Source: an uncultured Nitrososphaeraceae archaeon
GTDB lineage: Archaea > Thermoproteota > Nitrososphaeria > Nitrososphaerales > Nitrososphaeraceae
Reading direction: 5' to 3'
Assembly: GCA_963779615.1 (NCBI GenBank)
Contig: CAVZZA010000001.1
Coordinates: 512,001-576,000, forward strand
DNA: 64,000 nucleotides
Within the stretch, counting starts at the first letter, position 1; the number at the start of each line of letters is the position of its first letter. A program made the translations under genes and the position numbers. The notes below the pieces were generated by a model. The model saw only the letters and a list, made by a program, of their open reading frames with translations, was not told the DNA's origin and did not search any database. Positions 40,427-51,379 of this stretch are shown here, piece after piece.

Positions 40427-41431
40427 TTATCTATTTTTTATTCCTATTTTGCCTAACTGTGCTAAGAATGCGGCCAATTGAATTTCTGGGTGAGCGCCGC
40501 TTGATAGCCTGTAATCGTATTCTGCTATTATTGAAGAGACTTCAGATGGATCTCTAATACTCAAATTATGAATTTCCTCATTGGCGTATTTTAAAAAGTC
40601 AGTTTCTGATACTCCATAGACATATAACAATTCTAATAACTTTATTCTTGATTCGTTGAACTTTGAATCCAGGGCTAATCTTATTATTTCAGATATTTTA
40701 TTTTTTCCTGAAATACCTATTGCATTTTGAACTTGTAGTTCATTTATACTTCCATTGGTTGATGCCGCTTGCAAAATGTTTATGGAATGCCTTAGATCTC
40801 CATTTGTATGTTCGTATATTTTATGAAGTGCCTTTTCGTCAAATTTTATTTGTTCATTTTTACAAATGATCTTTAAGTAATTTACTACTTCATCTACAGG
40901 TACCTTTGAAAAACGAAAGACAACACATCTACTCTGAATAGGCTCTATGATATGAGAAAGGTAGTTGCAAATAAAAATAAACCTTGTAGTTTTTGAGCTG
41001 TCTTCTATAATTCTTCTTAGAGCTGTTTGTGCCTCTGATGTCATTTCATCAGCCTCATCTAGGACAATAATTTTAAACGGCCTCTCATTTTCTATTTGAT
41101 TTAATGAAAGCTTCATGATGGATGCAAACTCCTTTACTCTTTCACGTACCATTTTAATCCCTCTTTCATCTGACGCATTAAGCTCCAGTGTGTCTCTCTT
41201 CCAATTGTCTCCTAGTATTTCTCGTGCAAGACATAATGCAGTGGTGGTTTTTCCTATCCCTGCAGCACCTGTGAATAGGAGGTGTGGTAATTCATTGGGT
41301 TTATTTAACAAATTCTTTAAACCTTTTACAATCTCTTTCTGATTGATTATTTGATCCAGATTTTTCGGCCTGTATTTTTCTACCCACATAATATCTGAAA
41401 TTTTATCGCCTTTCTGTTGTTTATCATCCAT
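40427..41431 (-). CDS. rfcS: Replication factor C small subunit
   Basis: WVEKYRP, GAAGIGKTT, LELNASDERG, LDEADEM and IQSRC motifs; likely ATG at 41431 (ORF extends to 41518). Confidence 0.95.
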   Translation of the reverse strand: MDDKQQKGDKISDIMWVEKYRPKNLDQIINQKEIVKGLKNLLNKPNELPHLLFTGAAGIGKTTTALCLAREILGDNWKRDTLELNASDERGIKMVRERVKEFASIMKLSLNQIENERPFKIIVLDEADEMTSEAQTALRRIIEDSSKTTRFIFICNYLSHIIEPIQSRCVVFRFSKVPVDEVVNYLKIICKNEQIKFDEKALHKIYEHTNGDLRHSINILQAASTNGSINELQVQNAIGISGKNKISEIIRLALDSKFNESRIKLLELLYVYGVSETDFLKYANEEIHNLSIRDPSEVSSIIAEYDYRLSSGAHPEIQLAAFLAQLGKIGIKNR

Positions 41432-41534
41432 CGTTAACAGATTATTTTCTTTTTCCAATTTAAAATTATTTATGGCTACTAAAAACATGCTTTTATAATT
41501 AATAATTTTATTAACCAATCAAACTAACTATATA

Positions 41535-42098
41535 GTGAATTCGTCATTGAATTTTAATACAAATAAATTAATTCAAGATTTGGATGATATTTCAATTCTT
41601 TATAGCTTTTCCAATTTAGATTATTTACTTAAAGATGTACGGGTAATCTATTTACAGGATGTTGAGATTTCAATACAGCCTTTTGTATCTGTCAGCGCAA
41701 AAGAAGGCGATATGACTTCCATTCCAAGATGGATTTCTATAATTTTGAGTGAAAATGGGTTGATAGAACTACACGACGAGGATAATTTATCTTATGTTAA
41801 AAGAGCATTAAACCGAGAAAGGATTTCCTCAACTCACGTTTTGTCTGCAATTGATCCCGATTTTTATGTTCGCGTAAATAATTATCTTCGCAATATTGAT
41901 GAAAAAGAACGAGAATCTCTGGTTGTCTCATTAAATCCATTTATTGCATCAAGAATACAAAAAATAGTAAAACTTTCTGCTTCTTCTCCTCTGGTTCCCG
42001 AAATCGAAGAAAAGCTTTCTTTGGAAGAAAAATTACTATATGAAACTTTTTATGAAATGACTTCTAATTTTAAAAAATTGGTGTTAAAACTTGAGTAG
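41535..42098 (+). CDS. GINS complex subunit Gins23-type
   Basis: N-terminal B domain (SIPRWIS), DFYVRV and RIQKIV...LSLEEK; overlaps the mcm start. Confidence 0.8.
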   Translation: MNSSLNFNTNKLIQDLDDISILYSFSNLDYLLKDVRVIYLQDVEISIQPFVSVSAKEGDMTSIPRWISIILSENGLIELHDEDNLSYVKRALNRERISSTHVLSAIDPDFYVRVNNYLRNIDEKERESLVVSLNPFIASRIQKIVKLSASSPLVPEIEEKLSLEEKLLYETFYEMTSNFKKLVLKLE

Positions 42099-44217
42099 TG
42101 ATGCATCTCACAACTCGTCTAACGTTCAAGAACAACAGCAGACCTTGTCTGCTTTATCTAACGAATTGGAATCTTTTTTAAGATCTTTTAAAGATCGTGG
42201 CGGTAATTATAAATATTTTGACAAGATTAATAACATGATCGCAACTTCATCCACATCTGTTACTATAGATTATATAGATTTTGATGGCTTTAATCCTGCC
42301 CTTGCAAAAGATATCACACACAATCCTGATGAAATGCTTACTGCTTTTAGTGACGCAGTCGTTTCTATACTGGCTGAAATTCACCCTGAGTATGCCGACG
42401 AAATCAAAGATCATGTAAGAGTTAGAATAGGCAATTATGCCGTCCAAAAGGGATTGCGTGATATAAACGCAGATGTAATTAACAAGTTATTAGGCGTTTC
42501 TGGAATGGTTGTGCGTTCTTCTGAAGTTAAACCATTCGGAAAAAAAATTGCCTATAGGTGCCTTAATTGTAACCAAATCAATCTTTCCCAATTAAAAGGG
42601 TTATCATTAAAAAAACCTCAAAGATGTTTTAACTGTTCTGAAAAAGAACTGGAAATGGATATAGAAAACAGTTTATTTATCGATTTTCAATTGGTTAGAC
42701 TGCAAGAATTACCCGAGGACCTTCCTGCCGGACAGCTTCCTCATTATATTGAGGTCACGATTTTAGGTGATCTAGTTGATCAGTGCAGGCCTGGTGATAG
42801 AATAATGTTAACTGGCATTATAAGAATTGATCAGGAATCCTCCTTTATTTCTGGAAATTCTGGTTCTCAAATAAAGACTTCTTTGTTTAAGCTTAGAATG
42901 GAAGGAAATAATATTGAATATCTTGGCGGTCGTGCTGGGGACAAAAAGTCAAGGTCTATTGAACGAATTTCAATTAGTGCAGAAGATGAAAGACAAATAC
43001 TTACAATGTCTAAAAAACCGGACATTTATGAAAAATTAATTTCATCATTTGCTTCTCATATATATGGACACGAAGTCATTAAAGAGTCTATTTTACTTTT
43101 AATCGTGGGTTCGGTTAACAAAAAACTAGACGATGGCTCTGCAAGACGGGGAGATATTAACATACTTTTGGTTGGGGACCCTGGAACTGCGAAATCTGAA
43201 ATGCTCAAATTTGCAGCGAAAATCGCTCCTAGGGGCTTATATACTTCCGGTAGAGGCTCCACTGCCGCTGGACTCACAGCAGCAGTTATACGGGATAAAT
43301 CTGGAATGATGATGTTAGAAGCAGGTGCAGTGGTTTTAGGTGATCAGGGGTTAGTTTGTATAGATGAATTTGATAAAATAAAAGCCGAAGATCGCTCAGC
43401 TTTACATGAGGTTATGGAGCAACAAACCTGTTCTGTTGCCAAAGGTGGTATTGTGGCGACGTTAAATGCAAGAACCTCTATACTGTCTGCAGCAAACCCT
43501 ATGTATGGGAAATATGATCCTTATAAAAATATCACTGAGAATGTAAATCTACCAATACCTCTTCTAACTAGATTTGATATAGTATATGTTATAAGAGATC
43601 TTCCAGAAAAAGAGAAGGATAGCAAAATAGCTGGCCATATTTTGGAAATTCATAAAGATTTTCAAAAAACCTCCCAAACCCCAATCAACATAGATCTCTT
43701 GAGTAAATACTTGGCATTTGCTAAGCAGTTAGTTGAACCTGAGTTGACCCGTGAAGCAGTTTCCCTTATTCGTGATTATTATATGAAAATGAGAAATGTT
43801 GATTCTGATAGCATGATAACTGTGACACCTAGACAACTTGAAGGACTAATTAGGCTTTCTACTGCTCGGGCACGATTGCTATTAAAGAATAAAGTCGAAA
43901 AAGAAGATGCAGAAAGGTCCATCTTCCTTATCCAAAGGATGTTAGAGACAGCTGGTGTAGACGTTAACACTGGTAAAGTTGATTTAGGTGTTTTGCATGG
44001 GAAACCTTTTAGTGAGATATCTAAATTAAAACTTTTTATGGAGATATTTTCAAGTTTGTCTGGAGAAGACAAAAATGATGTCGAGGAAAATACGTTTATC
44101 ATAGAGCTTGGAAAAACAGGTAAATTTGCAGAATCAGATGCAAAATCCTACATAAAAAAGGCAATGAATGATGGTCAAATATATGAAAGAAAACCTGGAT
44201 TTTACTCAAAAGCGTAA
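42091..44217 (+). CDS. mcm: MCM replicative helicase
   Basis: RGDINILLVGDPGTAKS, GLVCIDEFDK, SAANP, LLTRFD and TPRQLE motifs; no intein. Confidence 0.98.
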   Translation: MSSDASHNSSNVQEQQQTLSALSNELESFLRSFKDRGGNYKYFDKINNMIATSSTSVTIDYIDFDGFNPALAKDITHNPDEMLTAFSDAVVSILAEIHPEYADEIKDHVRVRIGNYAVQKGLRDINADVINKLLGVSGMVVRSSEVKPFGKKIAYRCLNCNQINLSQLKGLSLKKPQRCFNCSEKELEMDIENSLFIDFQLVRLQELPEDLPAGQLPHYIEVTILGDLVDQCRPGDRIMLTGIIRIDQESSFISGNSGSQIKTSLFKLRMEGNNIEYLGGRAGDKKSRSIERISISAEDERQILTMSKKPDIYEKLISSFASHIYGHEVIKESILLLIVGSVNKKLDDGSARRGDINILLVGDPGTAKSEMLKFAAKIAPRGLYTSGRGSTAAGLTAAVIRDKSGMMMLEAGAVVLGDQGLVCIDEFDKIKAEDRSALHEVMEQQTCSVAKGGIVATLNARTSILSAANPMYGKYDPYKNITENVNLPIPLLTRFDIVYVIRDLPEKEKDSKIAGHILEIHKDFQKTSQTPINIDLLSKYLAFAKQLVEPELTREAVSLIRDYYMKMRNVDSDSMITVTPRQLEGLIRLSTARARLLLKNKVEKEDAERSIFLIQRMLETAGVDVNTGKVDLGVLHGKPFSEISKLKLFMEIFSSLSGEDKNDVEENTFIIELGKTGKFAESDAKSYIKKAMNDGQIYERKPGFYSKA

Positions 44218-44292
44218 GGGTTTTACCTTTATTTTGCCAAATGATCTAGTAGCCCGGAAAGAAAAAATTAAATTTTGAATTAGGGTCTTATC

Positions 44293-44889
44293 TTGTTTGT
44301 ATTGACTGTTATATCTGACTCCTATATGGGAATATTTTTACCTCCTGATATTTCCAAAAGAATTTCCAAATTTCTTGATGGCAATTTGGATTTTCCATTT
44401 GTTGATAAAGATGAGATTATGGGAGTATTTTTTTTATTTGGAAAAAATTTTGGCGTTAAAACAAATTTGGATATTTCATACGTCAAAGATCTTGCGAGAA
44501 GATCGATTGATCAGGTAAAACGAGAGATATTTCTTTCTAAAAAAATTGTAAAATCAGATATCGAACTAATCAAGGAAAATTATCAAAGAAGAGTTTTACA
44601 AATTTATGTAGAATTTCAGGATAATCAATCATTTGATAAATCTGAAATCAATGAAAGGATTAACCGCGATCCCTCTATTCTTATATCATGCTATTCTCAA
44701 CATATTGCATATTATGATCAAAAATGCTTTTTTGAAATTTTTGATCCTTTAAAAAAAAATCAAATAGATGAAAAATTACATGATTTATTGTTGGATAGAA
44801 TGGTTATGATCGGTTATAATTGCAAGAATGCTGAAATGTTGCCATTTAATACTATAGCTCCATTTTTAACATGGATTAAAATTAATTAA
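44293..44889 (+). CDS. Hypothetical protein
   Basis: 198-aa ORF (likely ATG 44326) in a core-gene string. Confidence 0.65.
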   Translation: MFVLTVISDSYMGIFLPPDISKRISKFLDGNLDFPFVDKDEIMGVFFLFGKNFGVKTNLDISYVKDLARRSIDQVKREIFLSKKIVKSDIELIKENYQRRVLQIYVEFQDNQSFDKSEINERINRDPSILISCYSQHIAYYDQKCFFEIFDPLKKNQIDEKLHDLLLDRMVMIGYNCKNAEMLPFNTIAPFLTWIKIN

Positions 44890-44919
44890 TCATTTTAATA
44901 TTTGTTTGTCAATTAATTT

Positions 44920-45408
44920 GTGTTTTATCTTCTCTATTCAAAACATAAATTAATTGGTAGAAACATTATAGTCAATGTGTCCATTCAGGATAAATCTGAC
45001 TACGAATCTTTGTTAGATAGATTACAAAATAAATTAGGAAACGTGATAAAAAAAGAAGTTTCTAGGCTTGAAGTTCCGACTCCAAAGATTATGTGGGTTG
45101 GTCAAAGAACTATATTTAGGAACTTTATGGATTTTCCAAAAGCTCTTAGAAGAGATCCTGAAAAACTATTATTGTATTTGAATAAGGAATTAGCATCTGC
45201 AGGCTATATAGCTGGCGAGAGAATTATCTTTCTAGGAAGAAAGCCCATATCTTCGTTTGGTGGGTTAATAGATAGATATGTAAAGGATTATGTTATATGT
45301 CCTGTTTGTGGAAGCCCAGATACTAGAACAGAGAAAATTAAAAAATTAGGGTTTATGATTTGTGAGGCTTGTGGAGCAAGATCATCAATCAAGAGTAATT
45401 ATGCATAA
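44920..45408 (+). CDS. Translation initiation factor aIF2 beta subunit
   Basis: YESLLDR, TIFRNF..LRRDP and YVICPVCGSPDT...CEACGA motifs. Confidence 0.93.
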   Translation: MFYLLYSKHKLIGRNIIVNVSIQDKSDYESLLDRLQNKLGNVIKKEVSRLEVPTPKIMWVGQRTIFRNFMDFPKALRRDPEKLLLYLNKELASAGYIAGERIIFLGRKPISSFGGLIDRYVKDYVICPVCGSPDTRTEKIKKLGFMICEACGARSSIKSNYA

Positions 45409-45542
45409 ATTATTCTGAGATTGTCTATGATCTGAAGCATTAACCGTTTTCCATTCTTCCGTTTTCCAACTACGTTATCTTTTATTATGGTATGTACAGT
45501 ACAACGACGCGCTTTTTTATTATCGATATGTAATTATTAGAT

Positions 45543-46232
45543 TTGAATGAATTTATTATCATGGAAAAAGAACAAGAAAAAGAAAATGATAATTATAGTG
45601 ATAATTATAATGACAATGATGGTGGTTCTACATCTGGAAATAATTATAATGACTCCGATTCACCACTAACTACATTAAACACTGATAATTCTTTTGAAGA
45701 TACCTTAAATGAATTAAAGAATACTAAAAATGAATTAGAACATTATCGCAATCTGTATAATGATACGTTTAATAAATTAAAATATAGTTTAGCAGATTTT
45801 GATAATTTCCGAAAGAATGTTGAAAAACAAAACTCTTTGAAAATGCTATCAATCAAAGCTGATCTGTTGTCTGTTGTTGTGGATATGCGCGAAGATTTCA
45901 TTCGTGCTATTGATACAATAAAACAAAAGAAAATTGACAATGCGATTTTTGAGGGATTAGAAAGTATTTTAAAGAATATCGATACATTCTTAGAAAAAGA
46001 AGGCATTAAAGAAATAGATTCATTAAATCATGTTTTCGATCCTGATATTCATGAAATTGTAGGCTTTTCTTATGCTGATGATGATGATGTGGAGGAAAAT
46101 ATCATCACAAAAGAGATTCGCAGGGGTTATTTGCTAAATGGTCGAGTTTTACGTCCAAGCTTAGTTGAAGTCTCCAAAAAGATAGTTAAAAATATCGATG
46201 ATAATAATAATACAATTGGAGATGAAATTTAA
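45543..46232 (+). CDS. grpE: Nucleotide exchange factor GrpE
   Basis: ADFDNFRK, FDPDIHE and RGYLLNGRVLRPSLV motifs. Confidence 0.95.
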   Translation: MNEFIIMEKEQEKENDNYSDNYNDNDGGSTSGNNYNDSDSPLTTLNTDNSFEDTLNELKNTKNELEHYRNLYNDTFNKLKYSLADFDNFRKNVEKQNSLKMLSIKADLLSVVVDMREDFIRAIDTIKQKKIDNAIFEGLESILKNIDTFLEKEGIKEIDSLNHVFDPDIHEIVGFSYADDDDVEENIITKEIRRGYLLNGRVLRPSLVEVSKKIVKNIDDNNNTIGDEI

Positions 46233-48134
46233 ATGGGAAAGATAATAGGAATTGATTTAGGAACCAGTAATTCTGCTGCATCAGCGTTAGTTGGTGGAAA
46301 ACCTGTAATAATACAAGCCGCTGAAGGTACTTCAATAGGCGGAAAGTCATTTCCATCCGTCGTTGCTTTTTCGAAAGATGGACAATTAATGGTTGGTGAA
46401 CCCGCAAGGCGTCAAATGCTCTCCAACCCTGAAGGTACCATTATAGCTGCCAAAAGAAAAATGGGCTCTGATTATAAATTTAAGGTATTTGGGAAAGAAT
46501 ATACCCCACAACAGGTATCATCATTTATCCTTCAAAAAATTAAAAGAGATGCTGAGGCATTCCTTGGTGATACTGTTGATAAAGCCGTTATCACTGCTCC
46601 TGCTTATTTTAACGACAATCAACGACAAGCAACAAAAGATGCTGGTGAAATTGCTGGCTTGGAAGTAGTAAGAATAATCAACGAGCCCACTGCTGCCTCC
46701 CTTGCGTATGGATTGGACAAAGTCCAAAAAGACCTCAAGATCATGGTATTTGATTTTGGAGGTGGAACTTTGGATGTTACCATTATGGAAATGGGCGGTG
46801 GTGTATTTGAAGTAAAAAGCACCTCCGGTGATACGCAATTAGGCGGCACCGACATGGACAATATTTTGATAGATTACCTAGTTAACGAATTTAGAAAACA
46901 GTCTGGACTGGATATAAAAAATGACAAAGCCGCTATGATGAGGATTCGTGAAGCTGCAGAAAAAGCAAAAATCGAGCTATCTAATATAGTTACTACTGAA
47001 ATAAACTTGCCATTTTTAGCATATGACCAGTCTTCGGGACCAAAAAATTTCATTTTAGCATTTACTCGATCAAAATTAGAAGAATTGTTAAGACCTGTTG
47101 TAGAGAAATGCAGAAATCCTATGCTCCAATCTTTAAGAGATGCTAAACTAAACACCACTGATATTGACAAAATAATTTTAGTTGGAGGGCCCACAAGAAT
47201 GCCAATAGTTAAGGAATTTGTAACTTCTGTAATGAACAAAGAACCTGAAGGTGGTGTTGATCCAATGGAAGCCGTGGCATTGGGCGCAGCAATACAAGGA
47301 GCAATTATTTCTGGTGAGGTGACAACAGATATTCTGTTGGTGGATGTGACTCCGCTAACACTTGGAGTAGAAGTTATGGGAGGACTTAAAGAATCTTTAA
47401 TCGAACGTAACACTACCATTCCCACCAAAAAAAGCAAAGTATTCACGACTGCTGCCGATTATCAAACCGCAGTAACTATTCATGTAGTCCAAGGGGAGCG
47501 ATCTATGGCTGCAGATTGCGTTTCTTTAGGCATGTTTAATTTATCTGGTATACCGCCTGCACCTAGAGGTGTTCCTCAGATTGAGGTAACATTTGATATA
47601 GATACCAATGGAATTTTAAACGTGACCGCTAAGGATATGGCAACATCTAAAGAATCTAAAATCACTATCTCTGCAAGCACAAAATTATCTAAAGAGGAAA
47701 TAGAAAAATTAAAAAAAGAGTCTGAGGAATTTGCTGAAGTAGATAGAAAGAAGATAGAAGAAGCTCAGCTGAAAAATGAATCTGATACTTTGATCTACTC
47801 TGCCGAAAAGTTGATCAATCAAGATTTGAAAGATAAAGTTACTTCAGAACAAAAGGATAAAGTCAACAAACTTACTAATGAATTAAGAGAGGCTCTTTCA
47901 GCTAATAATACTGAAACCATAAAATCAAAAACAACTGACCTAAAAGCCGTTCTTAGTGAAATTAGTGTTGCTGCATATCAAACTGCTGCCGCTGCTGCCG
48001 CTCCAAATTCTCCTTCCGGTTCTGCTGACCCCGGTAGTAATGTCCCCCCAAATGAAAGTAATTCTGATCAAAACTTCAAAAAAGACTCCCCTCAAACTGG
48101 TTCTGACACACCAAATTCTGGCACGAATCCTTGA
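46233..48134 (+). CDS. dnaK: Molecular chaperone DnaK
   Basis: [25 protein letters not shown] and [10 protein letters not shown] motifs. Confidence 0.98.
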   Translation: MGKIIGIDLGTSNSAASALVGGKPVIIQAAEGTSIGGKSFPSVVAFSKDGQLMVGEPARRQMLSNPEGTIIAAKRKMGSDYKFKVFGKEYTPQQVSSFILQKIKRDAEAFLGDTVDKAVITAPAYFNDNQRQATKDAGEIAGLEVVRIINEPTAASLAYGLDKVQKDLKIMVFDFGGGTLDVTIMEMGGGVFEVKSTSGDTQLGGTDMDNILIDYLVNEFRKQSGLDIKNDKAAMMRIREAAEKAKIELSNIVTTEINLPFLAYDQSSGPKNFILAFTRSKLEELLRPVVEKCRNPMLQSLRDAKLNTTDIDKIILVGGPTRMPIVKEFVTSVMNKEPEGGVDPMEAVALGAAIQGAIISGEVTTDILLVDVTPLTLGVEVMGGLKESLIERNTTIPTKKSKVFTTAADYQTAVTIHVVQGERSMAADCVSLGMFNLSGIPPAPRGVPQIEVTFDIDTNGILNVTAKDMATSKESKITISASTKLSKEEIEKLKKESEEFAEVDRKKIEEAQLKNESDTLIYSAEKLINQDLKDKVTSEQKDKVNKLTNELREALSANNTETIKSKTTDLKAVLSEISVAAYQTAAAAAAPNSPSGSADPGSNVPPNESNSDQNFKKDSPQTGSDTPNSGTNP

Positions 48135-48175
48135 TTTGTGTGGTTCTCATTCTCTACTTATTTTTATGATTTGAG

Positions 48176-49303
48176 ATGGCTAATAAAAGAGATTATTATG
48201 AAATATTGAGTGTTCAGAGGACTGCACCCAAAGATGAAATAAAATCCGCGTACAGGAAATTAGCTCTAAAATATCATCCAGATCGTAATAAATCACCAGA
48301 AGCAGAAGAAAAATTCAAAGAAATTTCTGAAGCATATGCTGTTTTATCTGATCCAGACAAACGTCAACGATATGATACTTATGGTCATGTTGGAACAGAA
48401 GAAGTATTCAGGGGCTCTGAGGATAACTTTGCTGAAATTTTCAAGGATATGGGATTTGGTGGTGTAGGCGATATTTTCGAGCAGATATTTGGGCGAATGG
48501 GTGGTGGTAGCAGCCGCAATGATCCTTTCGGGTTTGGTTCTAGAAATAATGATAGGCGAATTAGAGGCAGAGATCTTTTGTATGACGTTGATATGACATT
48601 GGAAGATGTTTTAAAGGGGACCAAACACGAAATTGAGATTCCTTCAATCGAAAACTGTTCGTCTTGTTCAGGCTCTGGAGCAGCACCTGGCACCTCTTCA
48701 AAAAAATGTGTAACATGTAATGGACAAGGGCAAACAAGAAGAGTTTATAATCAAAATCAGTTTTCTACATTCATCTCGTTGGAAACCTGTAATACCTGTC
48801 ACGGCGAAGGTAAGATAATCGAAAAACCTTGTTATACTTGCAAAGGAAACGGTAAAGTTAGTAAAACAAATACTGTCAGTATAGATATTCCGTCTGGCAT
48901 AGAAGACGGTACAACATTAAGGCTTTCGGGAAAGGGTGAACATATACAAGGCGGCCTAAACGGTGATTTATTAATACGTGTGCATGTTTTACCTCATAAT
49001 CTCTTTAAAGTAATGGATGAAGGCGATTTAATTTGTAATCTTGATGTTTCTTTTGTAGATATGATATTGGGAACAGAAACACGTGTCCCCACTTTAGATG
49101 GAACTGAAAAATTAAAAATACCTGCGTGTACAAAAGCCAATTCCATTTTCAAAATTAAGGGTAAAGGTCTGCCCAGATACGGAAGATTTGGAAGGGGAAA
49201 TCAATATGTAAAGCTCGAGGTCAGGTTACCTGATAAGATCAATGATAATGAAAAGAATCTCCTTAAAGAGCTAGCAAAAGAGTTAAAAAAAAATGAAAAA
49301 TGA
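48176..49303 (+). CDS. dnaJ: Molecular chaperone DnaJ
   Basis: J domain HPD and four CxxCxGxG repeats. Confidence 0.97.
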   Translation: MANKRDYYEILSVQRTAPKDEIKSAYRKLALKYHPDRNKSPEAEEKFKEISEAYAVLSDPDKRQRYDTYGHVGTEEVFRGSEDNFAEIFKDMGFGGVGDIFEQIFGRMGGGSSRNDPFGFGSRNNDRRIRGRDLLYDVDMTLEDVLKGTKHEIEIPSIENCSSCSGSGAAPGTSSKKCVTCNGQGQTRRVYNQNQFSTFISLETCNTCHGEGKIIEKPCYTCKGNGKVSKTNTVSIDIPSGIEDGTTLRLSGKGEHIQGGLNGDLLIRVHVLPHNLFKVMDEGDLICNLDVSFVDMILGTETRVPTLDGTEKLKIPACTKANSIFKIKGKGLPRYGRFGRGNQYVKLEVRLPDKINDNEKNLLKELAKELKKNEK

Positions 49304-49332
49304 AATAGTTTGAACATTGACATCAAAATATT

Positions 49333-50256
49333 ATGTTTGCTATAGAGTCTTTCAATGTAGATAAGCTCTATAAAGGTTCAAACAAAAAGGCCTTGGATGA
49401 TATATCGTTAAAAATAGAAGGTGGTAGGATATCCACACTTTTAGGGCGAAATGGTGCTGGTAAAACTACATTTGTACGTATTTGTTCCACTCAATTATTG
49501 CCGACTTCTGGCAAGGTGTTGATATTTGGTGATGATGTTGTTTCTTCGCCAGAAAAAATACGTAAAATAGTTTCAATTGTTCCACAAGAAGGAAGACCTT
49601 TGCGTGCATTAACACCCTGGGACCATATTTATAATTGGTTAAAAATCAGAGGAGAATGCAATAATTCTGCATCAAAAAAAACGTCTGAAATTTTGAATCG
49701 ATTGGACCTCTATTCTGCAAAAGATGTTCCTGTGTTGAATCTTTCTGGCGGTATGAAACAAAAAATTTTAGTTGGTATGGCTATGGCTACTGAGTCTCCT
49801 TTATTGTTCTTAGATGAGCCTACTATTGGTTTAGATCCAGTTTCCAGACGTCAGGTTTGGTCTATTATTAAAGATTGGAAAAATAAAGGCAGGACTATAG
49901 TTTTAACCACCCATTATATGGACGAAGCAGAATTATTATCTGATTCAATTTTTATTCTTGATAAAGGTAAAGTTATATCAAAAGGGACTATGGCTGATTT
50001 ACGAAATACCTTGAATTATTCTATACGGGTAGATATCCATGAATCAAGTAAATACGACAACAATGGCATTAAAGATCTATTTGGTTCTTTTGGAAAAATG
50101 ATTGAAATCAGTTCTAATTCTATTAGATTATTTACGTTCGAGTCGAATTTAAAAGAGATATCAGAATTGGCAGTGAAATATAATTTATCATTTGCTGTGT
50201 CTCCAATAACCTTGGATGATATTTTTGTGAACCTTTTGGGTGGCAACACCGATTAA
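49333..50256 (+). CDS. ABC-2-type (drug/export) ATP-binding protein
   Basis: GRNGAGKT, LSGGMKQ, FLDEPT and TTHYMDEA motifs. Confidence 0.9.
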   Translation: MFAIESFNVDKLYKGSNKKALDDISLKIEGGRISTLLGRNGAGKTTFVRICSTQLLPTSGKVLIFGDDVVSSPEKIRKIVSIVPQEGRPLRALTPWDHIYNWLKIRGECNNSASKKTSEILNRLDLYSAKDVPVLNLSGGMKQKILVGMAMATESPLLFLDEPTIGLDPVSRRQVWSIIKDWKNKGRTIVLTTHYMDEAELLSDSIFILDKGKVISKGTMADLRNTLNYSIRVDIHESSKYDNNGIKDLFGSFGKMIEISSNSIRLFTFESNLKEISELAVKYNLSFAVSPITLDDIFVNLLGGNTD

Positions 50257-51019
50257 TTTGTGACACGTGGTATTCGGTTCTGTTGATTTTATGTTATAGC
50301 GAGACAGCAACAATACTTTCCGTATCGTTTAGAGCAGCCTCAGTCGTCAACTTGATTGCAGTGGCCATTACTTATTTTTAATATCATAAGGTTAGAATGT
50401 AGTAGTTTTACCATTATTGATTAGATTTGAATTTAAATATCTGAATGGCTAAGATCCAATTGATTCGCTCCTTCAATTGTATGGTTATACAGGGAAGGGG
50501 ATGCTCCTATGGTGGGTGTGCGTATACCAAAAGCCAAAAAATATTATATCCACCTGGGGAGGCAGGCTGGAAAGAATTTACAAAACCATTATCCTCGTTA
50601 TTTCCAGATTTGCAGAAGATGAGAAGAAGAAGAATACAAACAATCTTGACATGTGTAATGGCAACCGATCGGCTGGTTGATGATGATGATGACCTTGTCA
50701 TAGCTGTATGGAGAAAGTGTACTGTGATATCAAAATAACAAACAGATCATCAAGGATATCTGATAAATGGGATATCCAAGTGGATATGAAAGGCTAACGT
50801 GTTAAAATCTATATGTTGCTGATGTAATGGTCAATATAAAGAGTATCTATACAAACTGTCAAATTGTTTAGAAGAATTACAATGGAATGAAAATAAGACA
50901 GATACAAATAAACAATCCGTTATACAAGCATTTTACTATACTAAAAAGATCTATATTTTCTAATTGGTAATTCTTTATATTATTGATATATATATATGAA
51001 TTTCTTAAAAACCCTTTGT

Positions 51020-51139
51020 GCGGGAGTTGCCAAGCCTGGTCAAAGGCGTGAGATATTTATATACACGATGCTCAGAAATCAGGATAATTGAGACACCTCA
51101 TCTCGCAGGAGTCCATGGGTTCAAATCCCATCTCCCGCA
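51020..51139 (+). tRNA. tRNA-Leu(CAG) with two introns (51053-51069 at 30/31; 51077-51094 at 37/38)
   Basis: Splicing gives TGAGG-CTCAGAA-CCTCA and a long variable arm. BHB1 helix CGTG/CACG, BHB2 helix CTCA/TGAG. Confidence 0.92.
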
Positions 51140-51257
51140 TTAAAATATTTACTTTCTTTCTGATCTGCTTGTATATGTTCTGTAATTTTCTTTCTTTATA
51201 TTTTATCGAATTGAATTCGTCATCATATATATAATGCTTATATTACAACTATTAGAT

Positions 51258-51379
51258 AGCGGGGTGGGGAAGCCAGACCTTTTTAGGGGCTAGGTTATCC
51301 CGGCGGGCTCATAACCCGCAGAGCGGTTACTGTGCTTTAATGAATAAGCCAGCCGTATGTTCAAATCAACCCCCCGCTA
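51258..51379 (+). tRNA. Initiator tRNA-Met(CAT) with two non-canonical introns (51277-51293 in the D-loop; 51329-51358 in the T-stem)
   Basis: A1-U72 pair and GCGGG-CTCATAA-CCCGC anticodon arm. BHB helices AGCC/GGCT and GCGG/CCGT; the spliced T arm reads GGTTG-TTCAAAT-CAACC. Confidence 0.92.

Noticed and set aside
42091-44217. Intein in MCM or RFC
   Set aside because: Lengths are normal and the Walker A regions are uninterrupted.
46521-47446. Long antisense ORFs opposite dnaK (likewise opposite ureC, UT and mcm)
   Set aside because: These are shadow ORFs of conserved genes with no independent motifs.
51258-51379. CAU tRNA next to tiaS as tRNA-Ile2, the TiaS substrate
   Set aside because: The A1-U72 pair and three consecutive G-C pairs in the anticodon stem identify it as initiator Met.
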